From positions 3,906,001 through 3,970,000 of the forward strand of contig JAQFVV010000001.1 of the NCBI GenBank assembly GCA_028023455.1: a DNA stretch of 64,000 bases, in the 5' to 3' direction. This stretch comes from Epiperipatus broadwayi (Eukaryota > Animalia > Onychophora). Both the position numbers and the translations under genes were made by a program. The notes below the pieces were generated by a model. That model saw only the letters and a program-made list of their open reading frames with translations, was not told the DNA's origin and searched no databases. Positions 13,401-25,512 of the stretch are shown here, piece after piece; the stretch's first letter is position 1; each line of letters starts with the position of its first letter.

Positions 13401-15036
13401 ATGTAACAGTAATAATTATCCCTCCATGTAACAAAATCTAGAACACAGGCAAAATACACTGAAGCTGATCAAATCCGGATGCTGGGATCCAGAATCTGAC
13501 CAACATTCAATCCTTTCACCTCTGCTCAATGATTTAATACCCTATGGATGACATTCCTCAATGTACACAGACATTCAATTTAACCTCGGTCCGGCAGTCA
13601 CTAAGTGTAAAACAAAGGACTCATAAATTAACTAATTGAGCAATGATTTGGTTAGATGTACATACATAAGACTAAGTGGTTAATTAAAATATCAATGATT
13701 GATTATGGAATTTAATAGAATATTCTACCTATAGATATAATTATGTATGTGCAATTAAATCTAGAGTTGGATAAAATGAACTCACAGACAATAAAATATG
13801 AAAACAGGTTATAATTTTAAATATTAATTTAATAAAACAATAACAAATAAATCAAAACATACAAAATTATATGATGGGAACATGAGTTATTATGCTTGTA
13901 GGCATTAAATAACTAATGAGATTAATGTTATCTATCTCATTATAAGTGTTTAATAAAGTGTAGTGCGGTATTGGAGTTTATGCCTATATTAATATGCCAA
14001 ATTTCTAGCTCTTTTGCAGTCTGCTAGATCATACAGAACTTCACAGCCAAAGTTATATAACTAACTCTAATAGCGCTTCTATGGCATCTATCTATACAAA
14101 GTTAAATTGAGCATGTGATTAGGGTCAGAGATACACAGATTCGCATGTTAACCTAGATTAGGATATACACTAGTACCAGATAAGCATTTAATATAAAAGG
14201 AGAGAAAACTGGTTTATAATAGGTTTACCCATATACTCTAATAAAGCTCAAAGGTGCGAATGGGTCATTATTCATGGGCCTCAGTCTCAAAGACTCGGTT
14301 TGCCCTAAAACCGCTCAACTTGCCATGAATAGGAACATTAATAGTTCAGGGAGTTGGATAGGCATTATGAATAATCTAGGTCCTTGTGCCCTAGTTCTAG
14401 TGTGTGCTTTACCCAAACTAAAGTGGATAAGAGTGACCTCCACCAACAAGTCATCAATAATCATGCAGCAAGCAGATAATTGTACATTGCGTACTTTGTA
14501 AGGACACATCTGCAACTTATACATATATAACGCAAATGCGTAAAATTATATTATCATGCCTTAAAATTAGATAGCATCTATTTGCATATCTATACAATCC
14601 AGTTCTCAAATTTGGTATTTCAAATATACTATTTAGGGACTAAATTAATTAGTAACCTAGTTTAATATTATCACCTGCATCTCAACATATATAAATCTAA
14701 GGAGGACAAAACATATTTGCAGGGTAATTACGAATAAAACATTAAAATATGCTTTGAGAATATCCCTGTGGCTAGTTCCTATGATGTGTGAATTACATAT
14801 ATAAATAGTTATAATTCATAACTAGAATTAAGCAAACTACAATTTTAACTAGATAACTGATTATTAATAGTAATAATAACAAGTCAGATGTCACATGACT
14901 TATATATAGCTTGCACTTACAAATATGTAAAATTAAGAGCGTGCTAATAGCTCTAAACAAGCTTTTTTTTTTTATTTATGATAAATGCTACTACAAGAGA
15001 AGACATTCAAATCATTTTTATCTTGGATTGTCCCCA

Positions 15037-15077
15037 TCCCCAGACCGGTTTCGACCTATAGGTCTCTTCAGTGAGGA
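15037..15077 (-). ncRNA. Minimal type I hammerhead ribozyme, intact core (mirror copy)
   Basis: Reverse-complement copy of 15081-15121 that differs only in the stem II loop (UAUA vs CAUA). Predicted cleavage after position 15043 on the minus strand. Confidence 0.9.
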
Positions 15078-15080
15078 GAC

Positions 15081-15121
15081 TCCTCACTGAAGAGACCCAT
15101 AGGTCGAAACCGGTCTGGGGA
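15081..15121 (+). ncRNA. Minimal type I hammerhead ribozyme, intact core
   Basis: UCCUCA-CUGAAGA-GACC(CAUA)GGUC-GAAAC-CG-GUC^UGGGGA. 6-bp stem I, 4-bp stem II, palindromic stem III ACCGGU. Predicted cleavage after C15115. Confidence 0.9.
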
Positions 15122-17577
15122 TGGGGACAATCCAAGATAAAAATAACTGATTATTGTAATTTTAATACGCAAAACTTAATCAGTAAAATAATAATATGAT
15201 CTCGAAACAGTGAATGAGAAAGAAAATTAATGATTCAATTATTTAATATTTATTATAGTGAAGATTTGAAATTATCTTCGCAGATAGATAAGCTAAAATT
15301 ATATTTATAAATACTTGCAGTTTCGAGTCACTTGGCATATTAAACACATATAATATTAAAATGATAAAATCATAGAATAAATTGAATAGATTTAGAAATA
15401 GACATAAAAACACCGCAGAAAATTATACATTTAGTTTAAAATAGATTAGAGTTTTACATTTTGACAGAGAATTCAGTATTATAAGTTTTACATTCAGACA
15501 AGATCTAAACATTAACATTTTATAGCTTTCTTTGGAGACTTTTAAAAAAGGTGTTTGGAAAGGCAGATTTAATAAATAGCTAGCTTTTAAAAGAAAGAAT
15601 CGAAAGTCACAGTTTATAAAGAGAGCTCTGAGGAAAATTTACCATTCAGTTGTTTTCATTGCAGTTAATTCTGGAGCACTTGGGAGGATATTAAGTTGAC
15701 ACTTTTGATGATGATTTAAAGTTAATAGAGATTTTCTACGAGCTGCTTCGCTGATGTATGGCATTAGGTTTTATCGGACCAAAGTTCTTCTCCATCCCCA
15801 GTCAAGGAGAGGGGTGATTTATTGCCATTCTACTCAATCATTTTGAAGATAAAATGGGCGTAGGTTCTGCTTACAACTCACTTATTATATATATGATCTA
15901 ATCTTTGTGACAAAACTATTGGTATTTATACTTTTCAAACTCTGGCCATCTGTTAATTTTTACGAGCTTGTTTGTAGCTGAAAAGTCCATTTATTTATTT
16001 TAGCAAAACATATTTAATAGTTACAACTAGTAGAAAAACCTATTTGTTTATTTTAGAAAAACATTTTTAATTATGACAACTAATTGAGATTTTGTTTTCC
16101 TGCATTATTTTGTTATTAACATTTTATATTTACCAAATCAGGTCCACACTATTTTAGGACCAATGCGTGACCTACGTTAAAATCTGTTTACCAGTAACAA
16201 ATAAAAGTTGTTTGATAATTAATATAAACTAATTTTATAACCATACGTGCAGAATAACAGGAAATATACGTATGCGATTTCAATAATACAGCAATAAAAT
16301 TGGCTAAATAATTTAACTAAAATATTTCTTAAACTAGAAATATTTATAAAATAAATATACATATCTGTAATATATACCAATAACATAACAATAATTTAAA
16401 CTAAAATATTTCTTAAATTGAAAATACTTATAAAATGGATACATATCTGTAATATATATATATACACTATTAAATTACAGACTTATCATTTGCATATATA
16501 TATATATATATATATACGTGATTCTGCACACATAGTAATTTAACATTATTTAAATGGGTACTCTGAGAGGGTTTAAACTTGGCATATGGATAGATGTGTG
16601 GGTAAAATAAGTGAAATGGGCAGATGGATGAAACTGACCATTTCATATGCCATCATTCAATGATCAGTATAAATTATTTAACATTAGAGAAGATAGAGGG
16701 TTTGAGAGAAGTGCTATATTGCTCACTCTATTATTAAGTCATCTAGATGTTCACCCCTATTTGGACAGGTTCTCAATAATATCAACAATAAAGTTGGGCC
16801 ATTATCATTCCTAGGGTAGTGATGGCATATTTCCTCAGGAAAGATTATTAAAATGTTGAATAATAGTATCGTTATAAAATTGTAATGAATTAGGTTAATT
16901 TTGTGAGTATTTGCTTTTGAAACTGATCAAGCCAGTTCAGATTGCTATGAGGTAAATATTGGGAAAGGTGATAATAGTAAAAATGATATAATAAAGATTA
17001 TTAAAGCCACATTTATTTGCCTTTTTTATTAATTCAAATATAATATTAACTGCAATTGGATCCTCTGGAGAGAAAATACAATTATTAGAGTTCGTGAAAG
17101 ATTATATTATAAAAGATTATGTGGCCATATTACATATATAAACAATCACTATGATCATAGAATAATCTTCTCGATCTAATGCTAGGTTATATGCCTAATG
17201 ATGCCCTCATACCAGATACCATAATATGCATAATCTTGATAATGTTGTGGCTCTAATTGGTTTTATACCACCACATAATATATCTCTCCATTATTTTTTC
17301 ATATTACACATGCTATGATGACCTTTGATGACTTATTATTCTAAGTTTGCTCTGTTTAAAATAATGTCTTTGTGGTATCCCTGGATAAATTTTATCAATT
17401 AAGTTTGTCCGCACATTACTTTGGAGATGTTATCTTAAACATTGCAAACTTAAAGTGATACATTGTCAGAGTAATACATCATAGCAGGACTAACACCAAA
17501 GTGCTGATATTTCTATTTTTATAATAATTATTTTAATTGACCATGAAACTTTTATAAATCATTTCATTGAGCTTTTT

Positions 17578-17689
<112 letters not shown>

Positions 17690-17798
17690 AATTTGTTATT
17701 TGTATATGGAAATTCCACACACAAGATTTTTCTTGTTTGGAGTTTTTAAATAATTGTGATGTACTTTGTTTTATTTCATAGAATAAATAAATAAATAA

Positions 17799-17996
<198 letters not shown>

Positions 17997-19351
17997 AATG
18001 CTTTTAAGCTTATTTATTATATAAATAAGATAATCATTAATATATGCCTCTTTTTTAAATATTTCAATTTCATTTAATAATATCCTATTATTTGAACAAA
18101 TTTTAATTTCTCTTATCATACCATGTGTAATTATGTACTTTTTGTATTATCTGTTTTTAATAGAATTTATATTTGGTTTGGAATTTTATTGTATTGGGAT
18201 TTAATGGTTTGGTTTTAATTATATGTTTTTAATTTTAAATTTTATAAGAACTTAGTAAATAATTGCAAAATATTTTTTTTAAAAAGTAATTAGTTATCAA
18301 TAAGAGGATATATTTATATAAAAAATAAGTAAATAAAAGTATTTTTTGTCATTTAATTTATTTAATTCAAATCTTTTGTTTATATCGTATTCATAATATT
18401 TTTTAAAATTAACTTAAATTCAAAAACTCATGTTTTAAATATAAAGTTTGTTAAACCTAAAGTGATACTATCCAACCAATGAAAATGTATTTGCAAAGTT
18501 AAAATAATTATCACCAGATGAGTATGTCATAGCAGCTCTAATCCCAAAGTACCTCAATGGATTGATGGATATTTTTAATCTGTATAAAGTTTAGTTCAAT
18601 AAAAACAAAAAAAGAAAAAATATAATAAAATTTATATACTTCCATATTATAAATTCTATAAAGTAACAACTCCTATATAAATAATTATGATAAAGTAATT
18701 ATTTTGCTACAACTTAATATTCTATTTTTTAACTTGCTAAATACAAAAGCATCTGTATAGAAGTCTGGCAATATCTCATTATCCTAATCCATTTTATTAT
18801 ATTTAAAAAAAAACTACCAAAATGCTTAAACTGATATATATTTACAAGCTTATAAACATCTATTTCTGATTAATAAGCATCTGTGTTAATGGAATATTAA
18901 TTACTAAAGCAAATTCTTTATAGATCTGCATTTAAATATTAAGGTCACTCTAGAGACTATTTTTTAAGTGAAAAAATATAATTGCTAATATACATCTAAA
19001 AGTCAAGAAAATGAATATTACATTTTATGTTTTTAATTGATTCAAAGTAAAATTTTTACTTTTATTACATTTAGATACTGCTTGTAAAATCTATAATGAA
19101 AAACATAGTTAGAACAAATTTTCTTTGTTGTTTGACATCAATTTTTATTACAATTTTCCAGATGTTTTATTTTCATATTATTATATGATTGTTATATAAT
19201 ATAAATTTTTATGGCAATATGCTATCATCATACATTTCTACAAATTTCAATAACTATCTTGAACTCAGACCCTCACATGACCCTCAACTCTCCATGCCAT
19301 CTCATATTGCTGACCCACCTGATCACACACATGTTGAAAAGATAAATAATC

Positions 19352-19395
19352 AGCAATATACGTATTTCATGCTAAATCAGCACTCATCAGTTGGT
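19352..19395 (-). ncRNA. Type I hammerhead ribozyme, core intact, stem I weakened
   Basis: ACCAA-CUGAUGA-GUGCU(GAUUU)AGCAU-GAAA-UACGUA-UA^UUGCU. Palindromic stem III AUACGUAU. Confidence 0.8.
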
Positions 19396-19573
19396 CCAGA
19401 TTCCACCTCCACACATATATACAATCAGTGCCCAGCTTTATATTAAGATAGCCAATCTTCATACTTTAATGGGACAGGCTTCAAACTACTCCAACCCACA
19501 ACTCTTCAGCCTTCCATTTCATTGAAAATCTGATGATGGAACATTCAAAGCTCATGTGGAGATGGTAATCTGG

Positions 19574-19617
19574 ACCAACTAATGAGTGCTGTTTTAGCAT
19601 GAAATATGTATATTGGT
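19574..19617 (+). ncRNA. Type I hammerhead ribozyme, G5A core mutant (predicted inactive)
   Basis: ACCAA-CUAAUGA-GUGCU(GUUUU)AGCAU-GAAA-UAUGUA-UA^UUGGU. Perfect 5-bp stem I. Confidence 0.75.
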
Positions 19618-21320
19618 GATTATTTATCTTTTCAACATTTGTGTGATTAGGTAGGTCAGTAATATGAGATGGCATGGAGAGTTGAGGGTCATGTGAAGGT
19701 CTGAGTTCAAATCCCACATACATTATATATATATAACTATCTTTGTGATATTGATAAGCATATATATATATATATATATATATTGACCACAATACTTTTT
19801 TTTAGTAATAAAAACTATACCTGCAATGCTTTTTGATTTTTCAAAATGAGTAGTGTTGGATAGCTACTCTCCTATTATTGGAAGCAATCTATTCAATTAA
19901 ATTCTTGAAAGTATTTCTTTTTGTAATAGATAACAATGATATTCCATAATAATTACTCAATCTATATTCTTTTATGTTTATAAATAGAAACAATTGAAAT
20001 TGACATATATATTTTAAAACTCATTTATAAATTCTATTAGGATCTGCAACCTTTCTTAAAATTACAAAAAGCTGTTTTAACTTCAGTAATTTAGATATCT
20101 TTTTTCAAATATAATTGAGTTGTGGGATGAATAAATTATTCTATGGAGTCATCTGAATTGCTCTATTATTATTTAACAGATGAACTCAATATTTCTTCCA
20201 TTTTCCCAAATACCAGCATTTCATATATAAAAGTTTTTGTATTAACTTAAGTATAAAATGATCCAAAAACAAAACAAAAAATCTAAAGTTACCAAGATCA
20301 ACAAAAAGTGTATTTCCTAAATCCTCTTTTTTTTTAATGTTTTTATATTCTGGCATTATTCATAAAGATCTACCTTCATTTTATTACAATCAAAAAATAT
20401 CTCTTACTTTTTATTATTTAAGTTACTAATAATGCAGTCATAGTTAAAAAAAAATAGCTAAAGCTTTTATTTGGAGTAAAAAATGATTTTAATCTTGAAG
20501 GGTACTAATCATTAATCTGTCAAATGGATTATTCCTATAAGAATAATTTAATACTGTTTTCATTATTACTAAACATAATATAATTTATAAATTAGTGTTG
20601 CATTGAATATCATTGCAACCAAGTTTTTTTATTACAATGTTCCTGTTTAGTCTAAATAAAGTGTTCGTTGTAGTCAATCCTTGTAAAGTGCAAAAATTCA
20701 TTTACAAATCACATTGTTAGTATTATTCTTTTGAATAAATTTGCACCCTAATTTCCTAAAATAATATTATCTATCAAAAAAAAGGCTTTCTTTGTCTCTG
20801 CTTTTTAAACCTAATATTGAAACATAAGTATAATAAAATGTATTGTTATTTGAAATATCATTAGCCTTTTAGTGATAAAATTAGGAATTTTAAGAATTGG
20901 AGATACTTAGACTTTAGAGTAAATCTAATACTATGCAGTATTTTTTTTTTATAAAGATCAACTTTCCCAGTAAGTTACAAGTGTAGTCTTATATGATAAT
21001 CTTGAAGATTCTACACCAAACAAAGATTGTATATTACATTTAAAAAGAAAATGATATAGTTACTTTTATTACTATCACTACTGTTTTCTTTGGTGCTAAA
21101 CTATAAATAATAAGTATTTTTATTGCTTAAATTAGCAATGGTATGATAATTCAACCACATTTTGTGATAAATGTCATTTTTAACTTGTCCATATTTGAAA
21201 AGTGAAAATTTTTTCAATAGCATTGCCCAAATATACAAACATTTTCTGGATTCTCAAACCTATTTTTAAAATGGTCCATTGTTAATTATGCTCTCTCTTG
21301 TAAGATTACATTATAAATTT

Positions 21321-22607
21321 AAGTTTGATAAACTTATTGTATAACTGCTTTATCATTGCCACGGGCTTTGTATCTTTTATATAGTTGCAAACAAAAAAAG
21401 GCTTGGAATAAGAAATGTTGTATAGTTAAAGGATAAAACTGTGTTTGCACAAACATATAACTCTAGGGTCATAGTTGACTGGTGACATGGAAGGCTGAAA
21501 AAAAAACTAAGCTCTATATTATTAAAAGCTGCAGATAATAATACCTTACATGGAGTATATAAAAGTACGTCTTATATTGAAAACAATACCTACATTTTGA
21601 AAAATTAACTTCATACTATGCATGAGTCTTGTTTAAGCACTGCTCATTGACTATTTGCAATTCTTTCTCATTTTTTAAGATTCTTCCATTATCTATCCCT
21701 TCTAATTCTTATTGATAGTCTGAATTTAGCACCTGAAAATACTCAAGATTATTGCATATTTCAATACTTAAAAATTAAATTACCCAGTAGATCGATTCAA
21801 AATATATATATTTCTTAATTAAAAAAAATTAAATTACTCAGTAGATGTTATTCCTCTGATACAATAAAACATGTAAATTTTATTTTAAAAAAACCACCAC
21901 ATACACACATTACAATTAAAACAAGAAATAAACACAATAATTTCTTCTCTATATATATAGCAATTTTGTAAAAGTCTAATACTTTTTTCTGTTCTAATCA
22001 TAGTAAACAAATATTTAAAGCAATGAAAAAAACATACATATTATAAAACTCATGATTTCCAATTTATCAATCTTTTCTGTAAACACAAATATGCTTTATT
22101 CATATATTAAAGTGAATAAATGTCTTTCAAAATTACACTTCATCCAGAAATTTTCTCTAATCCGTTATTTAGTAATCTACTATATCTACTTGGATACAGA
22201 AATATTTAATTCTAAGAACCTACTTTAATGAAGCAACTATTTGAAAATATGTATGATACAGAATAAAATAGTAGAAATATTTTTTGTTGTTTTTATCAAA
22301 AAAAGAGAGAGAAAATATTTAAGTAAAGTGAATTTATTCTCTAATTGAATTCAATGAGCAATGAAAATAATTTAATAATCCCTAACAAAATTTATTTTAG
22401 TATTTCTTTTTTAAATTCATTATATAATAATATATAATATAATTATATGGATTGTACCCTCTCCTGAAAGGCTATAATTATACATTGAAGTTTGATAACC
22501 TTCTACATAATTGCTTTATCACTGCCATGAGTTTTGCATCTTTTATATACTTGCTTGTAAAAAAGACTTGGAATCAGAAGTGCTGAGTGTGTAACTAAAG
22601 GATAAAA
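21321..22607. repeat. Two diverged copies of a ~120-bp repeat (21321-21438 and 22488-22607)
   Basis: Both run aagtttgataa...tgctttatca.tgcca.g.g.tttg.atcttttatata.ttgc...aaaa.g.cttggaat.agaa...aaaggataaaa, in the same orientation. Confidence 0.7.
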
Positions 22608-22739
22608 ATTGTATAATATATAATTGCATAATATAATTATATTATATAATTCTATTAGAGAGAAGTCTTTTTATTTTTATCAAGATTAGAGAATAAATAT
22701 TTATAAATGGTATCACTGAAACAATTCTGGACTGAACAT

Positions 22740-22960
22740 ATCATTATAAAATATGATAATAAATAAATAGCTGGAATTTTAAAATAGATTCCAATAGATT
22801 GTAAAAGACCTAAAGGGCGATCATGTGGAAAATGGATGTTTTAAATAACAAAGTTTACAGAAATGATGTGAAGAAAAAAGCTATGGATTAGAGAAACTGA
22901 ATTAAATTTGAAGAGATCTTCATTTAGCAGTGGATTGATAAGGAAGAGATGATGATAATA
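22740..22960 (+). mobile_element. RTE LINE 3'-end fragment
   Basis: DCKRPKGRSCGKW (cf. R.RGRP..RW), followed by cagtggattgata and a gatgatgat tail. Confidence 0.55.
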
Positions 22961-24859
22961 CAGTAGTGATTTCTGTATTGTCTTGTACTGTTTAAAGATT
23001 TAAAAAGAAAGTTTTTTATAATTTTAAGATATAATAAAAGTATATTTTAAAAAGTTTTTTTAGTAAATCTTTATTTTTCTAGCAACAAGTATTGTAAATA
23101 TAAGAGATGATTGATGCTTAGTTAGATTTGTTTCTATTCATCGAAATGTTTTAAAATCATGATGAAATTCAAGACAGGTAATTTGATATTACCTCTCATA
23201 TTTAGGTTATCTGAGTACTTTGCTGTTTTTAATAACTGTATTATCCGATTCTCCCTTGTTTTTATGATTATTTTAAATTTGATAAAAATTTTCCATCTAC
23301 TACTTAGAACATTTGAATATTTTATTATTGTTTATAACCTACTGTTTTTGAAAGTTCTTTTTTCTCTAAGAAATGTTTTATTAAAACTTTCAAAAAAAAA
23401 ATTATATGTCTAAATAGATATATATTTAAACGAATAAGTCAATTGATTATTATTTTTTATTTAAGATAATATGATTTATATTACCAAAGCAATGAGTCAT
23501 ATTTTTAAACAGGGTCAAATGTTAACTATTCATCCGAATAAAATATATTTAATTAGAAGTTTAAAAAAAATAAAAACTTAAAAGTTTTTTTTTTTTAAAA
23601 TAAACTACTAACACTTAAACCCTTGAAGCATTTCATGATTTATTTTGAACCCTATTCAATAATGATTTCTCTACGTGTCAATTACGCTCGTCTTTATAGA
23701 TTGGATCGGTTAGGTGTGATAACTTTTTTAATTAATTAGATACTAATTTTATAAGACTGTATTGCTGTAGTTTTAATGATAATTAAAACAGTGAAAAAAT
23801 AACTTTGTATTTAATAAAAAAGTTACCATGCCTTACGATGATTTATTATTGGTTGAATAAAATGGCTTGACTGATATGACAGTTATGTCACTTAATATTC
23901 TGAGACATGCAGTTGATGGATATGAAATGGATCTTTGCTTGACAAGTTGACAGATGAAATAGTAACTTAAATACAGGTAAACAAAAACTTTTAAAAGTTC
24001 ATTTGACAAAATGATGAGACAGCTGTTTTAATTTCATTTTTGAAAGTTTTGCTAGGAATAGAATACTAAGTTATTTAAATAAATAAATAAATAAAAACAC
24101 ATTTGAATAAGCATATATATATTTAAAGATGGAAACCTATATTTAGTTCAACATTAATCATGTAAACTAGTAATTAGAATAATTATTGGGTATATAAAGA
24201 TGCTTAAATATTTAACAGTCTTATTTCAATAAATCATACACTTCATTTTCAAAGAGTCAACTATGTATTATTGGAATATATATTAATATGACTAAATGCA
24301 CAACATGAACACATACAAACAAATACATTTATAAACAAGAACTTCTATTTTTTAAGGGAGGGGGGGGTAAAAGGAAATACTTTTCATTGACAAAATGCAC
24401 CATAAAATTAAAGGCTGGATTATGTGTTAAAACATATTTCATGGGCAAAAATATAAAAGATATCTTTTCCAGCTTCATCTGTGTGTAATTAGCAATCATG
24501 GTATGTCGATGTTTTGACTGTGTTGCACTTGATCATTATCTGAGTAAGAAATATTATTTTAAAAAACTTATAAAAGTGCTTCAAGCAACAAAGAACTAAA
24601 CATTTAGCCTGTACTGGGTATCTCTGTACTGTTTTAAAATAATACTCTCTACCCAAACAATGGGCAATGTGATTCAACCAAAACATCAGTTAATATTATT
24701 TTATTACACATAAATGAATTTAGAAAAGATATTTTTATATAAAAATATAATGAAATTAATCTCAGCTGATTCTGTTTAAAATCTAAAATGATCATATTCA
24801 GAGTAGAATCGAAAGATGTAATGATGACATTTTAGTTGTATATATATATATATTAGACT

Positions 24860-25512
24860 AATTCATCATCTAATATTAAATATTAAATGTCTTTAGAAAA
24901 TTACATTCAACTATTAGTAATAGCCCACAGATTAATATATACACATTTCAAGTTATATTGTTCTTCTCTTTTTTTCAGATGTTACTGACCTGACCAGTGA
25001 CAATACTAGCATGGGAATTAAACCTGGGCCTTTAAATTCTTGTATATTGAATTTTAAGGTAATACTTTAACCAACTGAGACATTCTGCCAAAGGCAACAG
25101 TCACTAGAAATTTTATGTACTTATTTATGATGTTCCTCCTGATTCTCTCATTTTTTGACTAAACATAATGTCTGAAAACCACTAATTAATTTTGCTCTTA
25201 GAAAAAAAGAGCAGAAATTAGGAGGAACCTCATAGATAAATATATGAAATTTTGGCCTTTGGCAGAATGATTCAATTGGTTAAAGCATTACCTTAAAATT
25301 CAATATCTAAGAATATAAAAATCCAGGTTTAATTCCTATGTTGGTACTATCATCATCGGCCAGCAATACCTGAAGAAGAGAGGAGAATAATACTACTTAA
25401 AACATTGTGTATATACAAACCTGTGTACTATTATTAACAATTGAATATAATTGGAAAATTTAAATAGTTTAAACTTTTCTAAAAACATTCACTATTTAAT
25501 ATTAGATGACGG
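24860..25512. mobile_element. Family C: outward-pointing inverted pair of tRNA-headed SINE-like elements
   Basis: Copies at ~24860-25096 (-) and ~25254-25512 (+). Each starts GGCAGAATG.YTCARTTGGTTAAAG (A-box-like), has CCAGGTTTAATTCC (B-box-like), then CTGAA(G/A)A...(G/A)AAA. Confidence 0.7.

Larger units (their letters stand above)
14866..15142 (-). mobile_element. Young hammerhead-bearing foldback insertion inside the right LTR
   Basis: Absent from the left LTR (empty site at ~4593-4605). 13-bp TSD ataactgattatt at 14853-14865 and 15143-15155. It ends in a palindrome with 65-bp arms centred on 15079. Confidence 0.88.
3073..16645. mobile_element. Full-length non-autonomous LTR retroelement (LARD-like) with ~3-kb LTRs
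   Basis: Two long direct repeats start TGTAACAG and end CCATTTCA. The 4-bp direct repeat TATG flanks the unit (3069-3072, 16646-16649). I recognised no RT, RNase H or integrase motifs in the 7.3-kb interior. Orientation is unresolved. Confidence 0.85.
13402..16645. repeat. Right LTR (3244 bp, includes a 277-bp secondary insertion)
   Basis: Colinear with 3073-6074. Differences are mostly transitions, many at CpG. Confidence 0.9.
19261..19732. mobile_element. Family A hammerhead foldback element with (TA)n tail
   Basis: Inverted arms at ~19261-19402 and ~19568-19709. 11-bp TSD ataactatctt at 19250-19260 and 19733-19743. The right arm ends GAGTTCAAATCCC (B-box-like) plus a TA-rich tail. Confidence 0.88.
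18470..21330 (-). mobile_element. Decayed near-full-length RTE-clade (BovB-like) LINE, split by the foldback at 19261-19732
   Basis: Minus-strand remnants include NYYGISLLSI (~19900-19950, cf. NYRGISLLS), ALVINIPLT (cf. GL.IN..KT) and IYSLAPK (cf. endonuclease ISAYAPT). Many stops and frameshifts. Boundaries approximate. Confidence 0.6.

Noticed and set aside
3980-14524. ORFs 4062-4265, 14274-14501 and 14315-14524 inside the LTRs
   Set aside because: They are short, their extents are not conserved between the two LTRs and no domain is recognisable.
25254-25340. tRNA gene (also family A tails such as 19660-19715)
   Set aside because: Only A/B-box-like motifs are present, no cloverleaf can be folded, and they sit inside dispersed repeats.
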